NCBI GenBank assembly: GCA_963733535.1
Contig: CAVTDR010000002.1
Coordinates: forward strand, 593,678 to 657,677
Length of the DNA stretch: 64,000 bases
DNA from: an uncultured Bacteroidota bacterium
GTDB lineage: Bacteria > Bacteroidota > Bacteroidia > Bacteroidales > UBA10428
Direction: 5' to 3'
Positions 1 to 9,366 of the stretch are shown here, one piece after another (position 1 is the stretch's first letter; the number at the start of each line of letters is the position of its first letter). The position numbers and the translations under genes were made by a program. The notes beneath the pieces were generated by a model, which saw only the letters and a list, made by a program, of their open reading frames with translations, was not told the origin of the DNA and searched no databases.

Positions 1-1
1 G

Positions 2-595
2 TTCACATGAATAGCCTGGCGAAGTTCGGGGCACCAGAATGGCCGACAATTCCTTACCACCGTTCTTTGCTCCGGTAACCACTTGCAAAGTTGCACCTAT
101 CGATAAATCGGATGCAGAATTAGTGATAAAAATTTTCGAGCCATTGATGATCCATGAACCGTTTTCTAATACCGCAGATGTTTCTGTGGCTCTTGAATCG
201 GAACCAGAATTTTCCTCGGTAAGTCCAAATGCCCAAAGCTGATTGCCCGAACACAAGCCCGGTAACAGGTCCATTTTTTGCTTTTCGGTGCCGAATTGAA
301 AAACAGGACCTATACCCAGCGAATTATGTGACGCTACCGTCGCCGCCTGAGAGCTGTCCACTCTGGCGAGCTCTTCCACAGCTATAATATAGGATAGGGT
401 GTCCCTTCCGCTACCCCCATATTTGTGAGGAATAGTGATGCCAAATAATCCAAAGCTTCCCATTTTCCGGGTCAAATCGACAGAAAATTCGTTTTTTTCA
501 TCCAGGGCTGCGGCAACCGGTTTTATTTCCGATTCAGCAAAAGCGCGCACATCATTCCGGTATGCCTCATGTATATCTGTAAGTAAAGGGTGCAT
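2..595 (-). CDS. Acyl-CoA dehydrogenase, N-terminal part (runs off the window start)
   Basis: Not in the ORF track. Manual translation from ATG at 595 gives MHPLLTDIHEAYRNDVRAFAESEIKPVA...GLFGITIPHKYGGSG...AVEELARVD...FGLTEENSGSD...WIINGSKIFITN, which carries typical ACAD motifs. Lies downstream of the MCC genes. Confidence 0.9.
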   Translation of the reverse strand, partial: MHPLLTDIHEAYRNDVRAFAESEIKPVAAALDEKNEFSVDLTRKMGSFGLFGITIPHKYGGSGRDTLSYIIAVEELARVDSSQAATVASHNSLGIGPVFQFGTEKQKMDLLPGLCSGNQLWAFGLTEENSGSDSRATETSAVLENGSWIINGSKIFITNSASDLSIGATLQVVTGAKNGGKELSAILVPRTSPGYSCE

Positions 596-619
596 CTATT
601 ACATATTGGTTAATAATGG

Positions 620-2587
620 TTATTGTAAATAAATCAGGGGTTCGTTCTTCTTCACTTTATCTCCCTTCTTAATGCTTATTTTTTTAATCATTCCCGGCTG
701 TAAAGCCAAAATGGTATTTTCGAGTTTCATGGATTCCAGGGTAATCAGATTGTCACCGGCTTTTATTTTCTGGCCTTCGGTTACTTTAATATCCAGAACA
801 GTTCCAGGTTGAGGTGCCACAATAAGTAACGAATGATCCGCACAGGGTTCCGATTCTGTATTCAGCATAAATGGCACAGGTAAAAAGAAGCGTTCCAACA
901 GATACTGAATGTGTCCGTTGGAGATTTCAATGGTTCCTTCTTTTTCCGGCACGTAATATAGCGTCATCGGTGTATGATTTATGTTGAAATGTATGGCATG
1001 CCATTCAGTAACAATTTCCGAAACATAAAAGCATCTTTCATCTGTATAAAATTCAAAGGCGTTTCCCAGATACCTGTAATCGGCCTCCATGATATGGCGG
1101 TTTAGCCGGAATCGGATTTGTTGTACATTGCGCCAATATTGACCCCAGACAGATTCCTTTTTCATATTCTGCATGATCACCAGAACGGACGCTGCCACAA
1201 ATAAGTGCCAGTGATCAATGGTCTGACGGGTTTCTGCAATAGCCTTCAGATAAAATGTCTTTTTTTGTTTCAGGAATTGTGTAGAAGTGTGATGATACCG
1301 GTAATCATGGTCCGTAAAAATCTGTTTCAGCAAGGCGAGATTATGTCGGACACCGGTGATAACAAAGTCGCTGATAGCCTGGGTAATTTTTAGAATAGCT
1401 TCATCACGGTTTTGAGCGTGAACCAGAATTTTTGCAATCATCGGATCATAGCTGCCGGAAACTTCAGATTGATTTCCCACGGCTGTTTCCAAACGGATCT
1501 CAGTATTTAGAGGCGGCAGGAAAGCATGAATTTTTCCAGGGGAAGGTGAAAAGTCCGATTCAAAGTCTTCTGCATAAATACGGGCTTCAATAGAATGGCC
1601 TTGCACACAGAGGTCTGAATTCAAAACAGACAGCAGGTTGCCCTGTGCGATGCGGATTTGTTCCTTTACGATATCCACACCTGTAATCATTTCGGTAATA
1701 CCGTGTTCCACCTGAATGCGGGGATTGATTTCCAGAAAGCTGAAATCGCCCTGTTCATTTACCAGAAATTCAATAGTGCCCGCATGGGTATAACCTATAT
1801 GTTGGCCCATAGCCAGCGCAGCTGAATAAATCAATTCTTTAATGGATTGATCCAGACAGGATGGTGCTTCTTCAATTATTTTCTGATGTCTTCTTTGTAA
1901 AGAGCATTCACGGTCGAATAAATGCATGATGTTACCATGCAGATCGGCCAGCAGCTGCACTTCGATGTGTCTGACATGATCTATATATTGTTCCAGATAA
2001 ATCCTTTCATCTCCAAAATACAAGATGGCCTCGCTGGAAGTAATATCTATCGCCTGTTCCAATTCTTCCGGTGAGCGAACGAGTCGCATACCCTTACCTC
2101 CCCCTCCATAAACGGCCTTTACCATAACCGGATATTTAAACGTACTTTTTCGCTTCAGAATCTCTGAAACCGATCCCGTATAGGATTCAGGTACCGGAAT
2201 GCCCAATGAAATGGCTACTTTTCTGGCTTCCAGTTTATCGCCTGTGAGTCGCAAAACTTCTGGTGCGGGACCGATAAATGTAATATTAGCGTCGGCACAT
2301 GCCTGAGCAAAAGAAGGATTTTCAGCAAGGAATCCATATCCGGGATGAATGGCGTTTGCACCACATTTCAGGGCAATGGAGATAATTTTTTCAATATTCA
2401 GATAGGTATCCGAAATAGCTCCTTCTCCCAGTGAATATGATTCCGGTATCTTTTTCAGCCATTCGCTCTCCCGGTCATTATCTGCAAAAATGCCGGCAAC
2501 AGGTATACCCATATTGCCGGCAGAGGCGGCTACCCGCAAAACAATTTCACCACGATTGGCGATTAATATTTTATGAAAAGTATTCAA
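620..2587 (-). CDS. liuD: Biotin carboxylase + biotin carrier subunit (3-methylcrotonyl-CoA carboxylase alpha-like)
   Basis: ILIANRGEI, IHPGYGFLAEN, GGGGKGMR, RECSLQRRHQK, EINPRIQVEH; C-terminal biotinyl domain ESMKLE. Confidence 0.85.
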   Translation of the reverse strand: MNTFHKILIANRGEIVLRVAASAGNMGIPVAGIFADNDRESEWLKKIPESYSLGEGAISDTYLNIEKIISIALKCGANAIHPGYGFLAENPSFAQACADANITFIGPAPEVLRLTGDKLEARKVAISLGIPVPESYTGSVSEILKRKSTFKYPVMVKAVYGGGGKGMRLVRSPEELEQAIDITSSEAILYFGDERIYLEQYIDHVRHIEVQLLADLHGNIMHLFDRECSLQRRHQKIIEEAPSCLDQSIKELIYSAALAMGQHIGYTHAGTIEFLVNEQGDFSFLEINPRIQVEHGITEMITGVDIVKEQIRIAQGNLLSVLNSDLCVQGHSIEARIYAEDFESDFSPSPGKIHAFLPPLNTEIRLETAVGNQSEVSGSYDPMIAKILVHAQNRDEAILKITQAISDFVITGVRHNLALLKQIFTDHDYRYHHTSTQFLKQKKTFYLKAIAETRQTIDHWHLFVAASVLVIMQNMKKESVWGQYWRNVQQIRFRLNRHIMEADYRYLGNAFEFYTDERCFYVSEIVTEWHAIHFNINHTPMTLYYVPEKEGTIEISNGHIQYLLERFFLPVPFMLNTESEPCADHSLLIVAPQPGTVLDIKVTEGQKIKAGDNLITLESMKLENTILALQPGMIKKISIKKGDKVKKNEPLIYLQ

Positions 2588-2592
2588 GCCTG

Positions 2593-3387
2593 TTACATTT
2601 TAAGTGAATTCCATACCGGCTTTCTTTTCTCAAAAAAAGCATTCATGCCTTCCTTTGCTTCATTTCCAATGCGGGTGTGCGCCAGAATAGATGCAGTTTT
2701 GGATATCCATGATGGGTTTACAGGCTCGTCTATTTCATGAATCAGCGTTTTTAGGGTTGTTTGTGCTTGTGATGCTCCACTGAGTAATTGGGAAGTGATC
2801 TGTTCAATAGACTGTTCCATCATTCCTGCAGGGATTACATCATTGATGAGTCGCGATTCTTTTGCTGTTGTTGCGCTGATTTTTTTGCCGGTAAGCATAA
2901 ATTCAGCGGCTTTAGCCTTTCCGATTTTAGATACCACATAAGGAGCAATTGTCGCAGGAATCAGTCCCCACAACACCTCACTAAACGAAAAAATAGTCTG
3001 ACCATCGGCAAAAGCCATGTCGGCAGCTGTAACGAATCCATTGGCCCCTCCCATTGAAAAGCCCTGTGTGAAGCATAGTGAAATTTTCCGGGATTGGTGA
3101 ATTTCGTAGAAACATTGCGCCAGAAGGTGACATTCTCTTTCATTCTCATCTGAGGAGATTTGAGCGGCAGATTTCATCCAGGCCAGATCTGCACCACTGC
3201 AAAATGAAGCCCCTTTACCTCTGATGATAATAATCCTGATTTCTGAACGATTCTGAAGCGAGAGCCAGGAATCAAGAAATCCTGTAATCATTTCAGGAAT
3301 CAGGGCGTTTTGCTTTTCGGGCCGGTTGAGCCATATTGTTGCTATAGATTCATGAATTTCTGTTAGAATCAGGTTGTTTTTCATCAT
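2593..3387 (-). CDS. liuC: Enoyl-CoA hydratase family (methylglutaconyl-CoA hydratase-like)
   Basis: LNRPEKQNAL, FCSGADL, GLIPATIAPYV, EGMNAFFEKRKP. Start moved to MMKNN (3387) to remove the overlap with the upstream gene. Confidence 0.85.
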   Translation of the reverse strand: MMKNNLILTEIHESIATIWLNRPEKQNALIPEMITGFLDSWLSLQNRSEIRIIIIRGKGASFCSGADLAWMKSAAQISSDENERECHLLAQCFYEIHQSRKISLCFTQGFSMGGANGFVTAADMAFADGQTIFSFSEVLWGLIPATIAPYVVSKIGKAKAAEFMLTGKKISATTAKESRLINDVIPAGMMEQSIEQITSQLLSGASQAQTTLKTLIHEIDEPVNPSWISKTASILAHTRIGNEAKEGMNAFFEKRKPVWNSLKM

Positions 3388-3395
3388 GGGATAAA

Positions 3396-5018
3396 TTACA
3401 TGCGGTAAATGCCATTTTTCGGTTCCGGATATGGACGGTTGAGCGAAATTTGAATGCCAAGAGCCAATGTATGCCTGATTAACAATGGATCTATAATGCC
3501 ATCGTCCCATAATCTTGAAGTGCTATACCATGGCGAACTTTCCAATTCATATTGTTCAGAGATTTCTGTCTTCATACCCGACAAATCTTGCTCTGAACTG
3601 CCGTTTTCCCTGATTGTCCCTAATACACTTGCTGCCTGTTCGGCCCCCATAACAGCGGTGCGTGACAGGGGACATGTAAATAAAAACCTTGGATTATAGG
3701 CTCTGCCAGCCATTGCATAATTTCCTGCCCCAAACGATCCTCCAGTAATGATTGTGAATTTCGGTACCGTTGCTGTGGCAACAGCATGAACCAGTTTTGC
3801 TCCGTCTTTAACAATTCCTCCGTGTTCTGCCTCACGGCCCACCATAAAACCAGTAATGTGTTGGAGAAAAACGATGGGTATTTTTCTATAATTGCATAAT
3901 TCAATAAAGTGCGTTGCTTTAAGTGCCGATTCGGCATGAATGACCCCATAATTGGCCACAATACCTACCGGATATCCCTTGATACAGGCAAATCCGGTGA
4001 CCATTGTTTTTCCATAACCCGATTTGAATTCATGAAATCTGCTACCATCTACTATCCGTGCTATAACTTCATGGGGATCAGGGTTTTCCCGTACTGTTTG
4101 AGGTAAAATTCCATAAAGCTCTAAAGGATCGTATGCAGGTTCCTCACTTTCCTGCATGTGAAGATGCTGTTTAAGGGGCAAAGGGAGTGTTTCAAAAATC
4201 GATCTGCAAATGCTGAGTGCATGTTCATCATTCATGGCGAGATGGTCAGCCACACCGGATATGGTTGTATGTACAAGGGCTCCTCCCAGTTCTTCTGCTG
4301 AAATCTCCTCACCTATTGCTGCATTTACGAGTGGAGGGCCACCCAAAAAAATAGTTCCCTGATTTCGTACAATAATGGTTTCTTCACTCATGGCAGGAAT
4401 GTATGCACCCCCGGCAGTACAGGATCCCATAACTACAGCAATTTGCGGAATAGAGGCTGCCGAGAGAACCGACTGATTATAAAAAATCCTCCCGAAATCG
4501 TTTTTATCCGCAAAAACCCGGGCTTGTTCGGGAAGATAAATACCCCCCGAATCAACCAGATATACACACGGTAAATTGTTTTCATGCGCAATTTCCTGTG
4601 CCCTCAGGTGTTTCTTAATGGTTTCAGCTACATATGTGCCTCCCTTAACCGTTGCATCGTTGGCAACAATAATGGCTTCATGTCCATGAATCACTCCAAT
4701 TCCTGTAATGATGCCTGCCCCCGGAAAATTGTTTTGATACTGGTTGAATGCTGCCAATGGGGATAATTCCAGAAATGCGGTATTCCGGTCAATGAGCAAA
4801 TCAATTCGTTGTCGCGCGGTTAATTTACCTTTTTCCTTGTGCAACCTGAGTTTTTCGGGTCCTCCTCCATGTGAAACTTTTCGTATTGCCTGGTATAATT
4901 CATCTACTGCAAGTCTGTAGTTTTTTTTCCGGTCTTTGAATGATGCTGTTTCCGTTTTGATATATGATCGGATCGGTTCCAAGGGAGTTTGTTCATTTTG
5001 CTGATTAACACACCCCAT
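3396..5018 (-). CDS. liuB: Carboxyltransferase subunit (3-methylcrotonyl-CoA carboxylase beta)
   Basis: KGKLTARQRI, ANDATVKGGTY, KKHLRAQEIA, GSCTAGGAY, GGSFGAGNYAM, SRLWDDGIIDP. Start uncertain (5018 or 5042). Confidence 0.9.
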   Translation of the reverse strand: MGCVNQQNEQTPLEPIRSYIKTETASFKDRKKNYRLAVDELYQAIRKVSHGGGPEKLRLHKEKGKLTARQRIDLLIDRNTAFLELSPLAAFNQYQNNFPGAGIITGIGVIHGHEAIIVANDATVKGGTYVAETIKKHLRAQEIAHENNLPCVYLVDSGGIYLPEQARVFADKNDFGRIFYNQSVLSAASIPQIAVVMGSCTAGGAYIPAMSEETIIVRNQGTIFLGGPPLVNAAIGEEISAEELGGALVHTTISGVADHLAMNDEHALSICRSIFETLPLPLKQHLHMQESEEPAYDPLELYGILPQTVRENPDPHEVIARIVDGSRFHEFKSGYGKTMVTGFACIKGYPVGIVANYGVIHAESALKATHFIELCNYRKIPIVFLQHITGFMVGREAEHGGIVKDGAKLVHAVATATVPKFTIITGGSFGAGNYAMAGRAYNPRFLFTCPLSRTAVMGAEQAASVLGTIRENGSSEQDLSGMKTEISEQYELESSPWYSTSRLWDDGIIDPLLIRHTLALGIQISLNRPYPEPKNGIYRM

Positions 5019-5080
5019 TAATATTTGTTCATAATGCAACAAAAACCAACCATTTGTCGTAAATCAACAAAAACATTGCT

Positions 5081-5362
5081 ATGTCCAACAAGCTTGCAAT
5101 AAAAAGAGGCCAGAAGAAATATAACGTACCGGTTATCGGTCACTTCGGGGATAAAAGCGTTCGTTTCAGAACTATTCTGGAAGCCGAACAGTTGGTTGGA
5201 ATCAATTACAATCTGATTTTCGAAGCGTGCATAGGTAAAATTTATCGTGCCGGAAATGTATTCTGGGAATTCGAAAAAGGAAACCATTACATTAAGTATA
5301 AGGCCTATTATCTTCGCGCCAAAGAGAAGATCAAAGAACTTGAACACAAAACAGCAAGCTAG
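5081..5362 (+). CDS. Small basic protein with a NUMOD1/IENR1-like DNA-binding motif
   Basis: RFRTILEAEQLVGINYNLIFEACIGKIYRAGNVFWEF resembles the NUMOD1 pattern F.S..EA....G.....I..C..GK...AGG..W. Followed by its own terminator. Confidence 0.65.
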   Translation: MSNKLAIKRGQKKYNVPVIGHFGDKSVRFRTILEAEQLVGINYNLIFEACIGKIYRAGNVFWEFEKGNHYIKYKAYYLRAKEKIKELEHKTAS

Positions 5363-5387
5363 ACAGAAATTATTTCTGTCTTTTTTT
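5361..5387 (+). terminator. Intrinsic terminator
   Basis: AGACAGAAAT-T-ATTTCTGTCT hairpin followed by a T tract. Confidence 0.6.
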
Positions 5388-5417
5388 ATTAATTTCCCCT
5401 TTTGAATTCACCACCGG

Positions 5418-6188
5418 ATGGATGCACTTTTGGACAAGCCCGTTGAGAATCAGGAACAACTTCCTGTTGAAACACCACCATCTTTTGAAGGATCACGGTT
5501 CAGGAAAATCCTGAAAAAAGTCGCAGGATATGCGAAATGGATGGTTATTGGTTTTTTTGGTTCTACCCTGCTGGTAGTAATTCTGTTTTCATTTATTAAT
5601 CCACCTGTTACACCGCTCATGGTAAAAAGAGCGCTGATCAGAAAAAGTAATGGCGAATTTACAGGCATTCACAAGAGTTGGGTGTCATACCGCAATATCT
5701 CGCCGCATATGATACAGGCTGTTGTTGCAGCCGAAGACAACCGGTTTAATGAGCATTGGGGCATAGATGTGGAAGCGGTTCAAAAAGCAGTTGATTATAA
5801 CAAAAAACACCGGCGCAAAAGGGGTGCAAGCACCATATCCCAACAAGTAGCAAAAAATGTATTCTTATGGCCCGCACGCTCATATATAAGAAAGGGATTT
5901 GAATTGTATTTCACTGTTTTAATTGAAACAGTATGGAGCAAAAAGCGGATTATGGTTGTATATCTCAATGTTATGGAAACAGGAGATGGCCTATATGGTG
6001 CAGAAGCTGCTGCACAGAAATATTTTCATAAAAAGGCATCACAACTTACCCGGGGAGAAGCAGCACTGATCGCTGCATGCCTCCCAAATCCCCGTCAGAG
6101 AAATCCAGCACGGCCCACTTCCTATTTATTGAGAAGACAAGCAAGGATTTTAAATATTATGCGCAAAATAGGACCCGTACAATTCTAA
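5418..6188 (+). CDS. mtgA: Monofunctional peptidoglycan transglycosylase (GT51)
   Basis: AAEDNRFNEHWG, RGASTISQQVAKN, RKGFE, N-terminal TM helix. Confidence 0.93.
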   Translation: MDALLDKPVENQEQLPVETPPSFEGSRFRKILKKVAGYAKWMVIGFFGSTLLVVILFSFINPPVTPLMVKRALIRKSNGEFTGIHKSWVSYRNISPHMIQAVVAAEDNRFNEHWGIDVEAVQKAVDYNKKHRRKRGASTISQQVAKNVFLWPARSYIRKGFELYFTVLIETVWSKKRIMVVYLNVMETGDGLYGAEAAAQKYFHKKASQLTRGEAALIAACLPNPRQRNPARPTSYLLRRQARILNIMRKIGPVQF

Positions 6189-6287
6189 GAAGTACTCTTT
6201 CTCAAAATCCTGATTTTAATCATAAAACCTGATCCTTTCAGGTGGACATAATATTGATCAAAATGTTAATTTTGGTGTTATTCAATT

Positions 6288-9134
6288 ATGCCTCAAATTA
6301 TTTATTACAAAATCTTCATTATGATTATGAAAAACATAAAGCACCTTGTTTATGGAGTTGTCGTAATGCTTATTCTGGTATCCTGTACCAAAAAGGCTTC
6401 TGACAAATTATCCATCAATTTTGAAAAGTATACCTTGCCCAATGGTTTGGAGGTAATTCTGCATCAGGATACATCTGACCCCATTGTAGCTACAACAATC
6501 ATGTATCACGTTGGCAGCAGCCGGGAAGAAGTTGGTAAAACCGGTTTTGCACATCTGTTTGAACATATGTTGTTTCAGGAATCAGAGCACATTCCGCAGG
6601 ATCAGTTTTTCAAAAAAATACAAAATGTAGGCGGAACCTTAAACGGTTTCACTTCCAATGATATTACCACCTATTATGAAGTGGTGCCGAAAAATGCACT
6701 CGAATTGATATTGTGGATGGAATCGGACCGTATGGGTTATTTTGTAAATACAATTACACCCAATGCTTTTTCCGTTCAGCAGAATGTGGTTCAGAATGAA
6801 AAACGCCAAAGGGTAGACAATGTTCCTTTCGGACATACCGATTATGTAATTGACAAGAATCTTTGGCCTGCAGGACATCCTTACAACTGGCAGGTAATCG
6901 GAGAAATGGCCGATCTGCAGAAAGCTACTATTGCTGATGTTAAGTCCTTTTATGAAAAATTTTACGGACCCAACAATGCAACCCTGGTATTGGCTGGAGA
7001 TTTTGATAAAGACTGTGCCAAAGTCCTGATTGAAAAATATTTTGCCGAAATCAAATCGCATGGTGATGTTCCCAAACGGACACCTATTGCATCCAATCTT
7101 TCTGAAACCAAGAAACTCTTTCACGAAGACAATCTGGCCACTGTTCCTGAATTGAATATGGCCTGGGCAAGTCCCGAAGAATTCAGCAAAGAATCGTATG
7201 CCATGAATTATCTGTCACGGATTCTGGCATCCGGAAAAAAAGCACCGCTTTACCGGGTATTGGTTAAAGATAAACAATTGACTTCCGAAGTAAACGCATG
7301 GAATTATGCCATGGAACTGGGTGGACGTTTTACCATTAACATACGCGCCAACGAAGGAGTTTCTCTGGATGATATGGATAAAGGTGTAAAGGAAGCTTTT
7401 GAATTGTTTGAAAAGGAAGGAATTACGCAGAAAGATATCGACAGGGTGAAAGCGTTGATTGAAACTGAATTTTACGACAATATCAATAATGTATTCAATA
7501 AAGCGCTTCAACTGGCCTACTATAATACTATGAAGGATGACCCGGGCTTCATTGAAAAAGATATCGAAAACATGAAATCGGTTACGATTGAAGATGTGAA
7601 AGCAGCTTACAATAAGTATTTAAAAGACAAGCCGGCGATCATCACCAGCTTTGTTCCCAAGGGCAAAAGCGCATTCATTGTGGCCAATTCGGTTAATGCA
7701 GGCGTTGTGGAAGAGAAGGTAAGTGAAGCTGTTCAGGCAGAAATCGCTGCCGTTTCAACAAGCGATTCCATTGCAAAAACGCCTTCTGCGATCGATCGGT
7801 CAAAGGAACCTATGGTTGGATCTGATCCTCACATAAAAATTCCTGCTGTTTGGAAAGAAGAATTAAGCAACGGATTAAAAATCAGAGGAATCCAGCACGA
7901 TGAACTTCCTATGGTTACCTTTGAACTGGCTGTAGATGGTGGATTATTCCTTGATGAACCTACCAAACCAGGTGTTGCCAATCTGATCAGCGATATGATG
8001 AGTGAAGGTACCAAAAACAAAACGCCTGAGGAACTTGAAGAAGAAGTTGAGTTGCTGGGTGCCCAAATTCAATGGTATACCACACGTGAAGAAATCGTTG
8101 TAAATGTCAGTTGCTTATCCAGAAATTTCGAGCAAGTGATGGCATTGGTTGAAGAAATGCTTCTGGAACCCCGTTGGGACAGCCTGCAATTTGAACTGGC
8201 AAAGAAGAGAACCATCAATAATATCGAACAACGTGAAGCCGATCCGCGTTATCTTGCTTCCAATGCAATTTACAAGTTATTATATGGCCCTTCGCACATT
8301 TTTTCGTCTGAAGTTACCGGCACCAAAGAATCTGTTGCGAAAATCACAATAGATGATCTGAAAACATTCTATAACAAGAATTTTTCACCTTCGGTTTCCC
8401 GTTTCAATATAGCCGGAAATGTAACACAGGAACAGGTTGCAAAAACGCTTGCTTCTCTCGATAAAAACTGGAAACAGAAAGATGTTGTTTTCCCCAGTTA
8501 CACGCCTGCTCCCGCAACCAACAAAACAACCATTTACTTTATCGATGTTCCGGGTGCTCAGCAATCGGTTGTTTATGCCGGTATGTTATCGATTCCACGT
8601 ACCAATCCTGATTTTTATGCAGCAACTGTAATGAATTACAAATTGGGAGGATCTTTTAACGGCATATTGAATTTAATTCTTAGGGAGGAAAAGGCATTTA
8701 CCTATGGTGCTTCATCCAGTATTACATCTATGAAAAATCCAGCTCCCTATCTTGCGAATACCAGCGTCAGGTCGAATGCAACTTTCGAAACGGTTGAAAT
8801 ATTTAAAAACAGTTTTGAAACCTATCGCCAGGGCATAGCAGAAGAAGATCTGACATTCACAAGAAACTCCTTAATTAAATCGAATATGCGGCGGTTTGAA
8901 ACCATTAACAATCTTTTGTCGATGCTTTCAAATATCAGCAAATACAATCTTCCTGATGATTATGTTCAACAGGAGGAAAATGTTGTTCGTAACATGACTG
9001 CTGATCAGCATAAACAACTGGCTCAAAAATATCTTGTTCCCGACCAAATGATTTATGTAATCGCTGGTGATGCTGCAACGCAGCTAAAAAGCCTTGAAAA
9101 GGCAGGTTTTGGAAAGCCGGTTTTGATGAAGTGA
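6288..9134 (+). CDS. M16B zinc protease, two-module lipoprotein
   Basis: HLFEH (HxxEH) motif, LPNGLEVILH, second M16 module starting LSNGLKI, lipobox LVSC. True start may be 6327. Confidence 0.9.
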   Translation: MPQIIYYKIFIMIMKNIKHLVYGVVVMLILVSCTKKASDKLSINFEKYTLPNGLEVILHQDTSDPIVATTIMYHVGSSREEVGKTGFAHLFEHMLFQESEHIPQDQFFKKIQNVGGTLNGFTSNDITTYYEVVPKNALELILWMESDRMGYFVNTITPNAFSVQQNVVQNEKRQRVDNVPFGHTDYVIDKNLWPAGHPYNWQVIGEMADLQKATIADVKSFYEKFYGPNNATLVLAGDFDKDCAKVLIEKYFAEIKSHGDVPKRTPIASNLSETKKLFHEDNLATVPELNMAWASPEEFSKESYAMNYLSRILASGKKAPLYRVLVKDKQLTSEVNAWNYAMELGGRFTINIRANEGVSLDDMDKGVKEAFELFEKEGITQKDIDRVKALIETEFYDNINNVFNKALQLAYYNTMKDDPGFIEKDIENMKSVTIEDVKAAYNKYLKDKPAIITSFVPKGKSAFIVANSVNAGVVEEKVSEAVQAEIAAVSTSDSIAKTPSAIDRSKEPMVGSDPHIKIPAVWKEELSNGLKIRGIQHDELPMVTFELAVDGGLFLDEPTKPGVANLISDMMSEGTKNKTPEELEEEVELLGAQIQWYTTREEIVVNVSCLSRNFEQVMALVEEMLLEPRWDSLQFELAKKRTINNIEQREADPRYLASNAIYKLLYGPSHIFSSEVTGTKESVAKITIDDLKTFYNKNFSPSVSRFNIAGNVTQEQVAKTLASLDKNWKQKDVVFPSYTPAPATNKTTIYFIDVPGAQQSVVYAGMLSIPRTNPDFYAATVMNYKLGGSFNGILNLILREEKAFTYGASSSITSMKNPAPYLANTSVRSNATFETVEIFKNSFETYRQGIAEEDLTFTRNSLIKSNMRRFETINNLLSMLSNISKYNLPDDYVQQEENVVRNMTADQHKQLAQKYLVPDQMIYVIAGDAATQLKSLEKAGFGKPVLMK

Positions 9135-9214
9135 AGAAGTGAAGAAGTGAAGAGGTGATGAAGTAAGAAGTGATGAGGTGATGAAGTTTTTTCATCCCTC
9201 GTCATTTCTTACTT
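9124..9214. repeat. Degenerate octamer tandem repeat (TGAWGARG x8) with fold-back arm; probable bidirectional terminator
   Basis: Units span 9124-9186. The last units pair with 9191-9214 (TTCATCCCTCGTCATTTCTTACTT). Lies between convergent genes. Confidence 0.7.
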
Positions 9215-9366
9215 GTCACTATCTTCGTTTGGATAGAACAACCTGTACAACCACCACAATGTGCGGCAGATTTTTTGCCCGCAGTAAAGAAAACACCATA
9301 CACACGATATAAAGTGTACAGTGTTGCAGCAGCCACAATACTTAAAGTTATGATTTCCTGGCTCAT
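9202..9366 (-). CDS. FeoB-associated Cys-rich membrane protein
   Basis: MSQEIITLSIVAAATLYTLYRVY...HCGGCTGC; ATGA overlap with the feoB stop. Confidence 0.8.
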   Translation of the reverse strand: MSQEIITLSIVAAATLYTLYRVYGVFFTAGKKSAAHCGGCTGCSIQTKIVTSKK

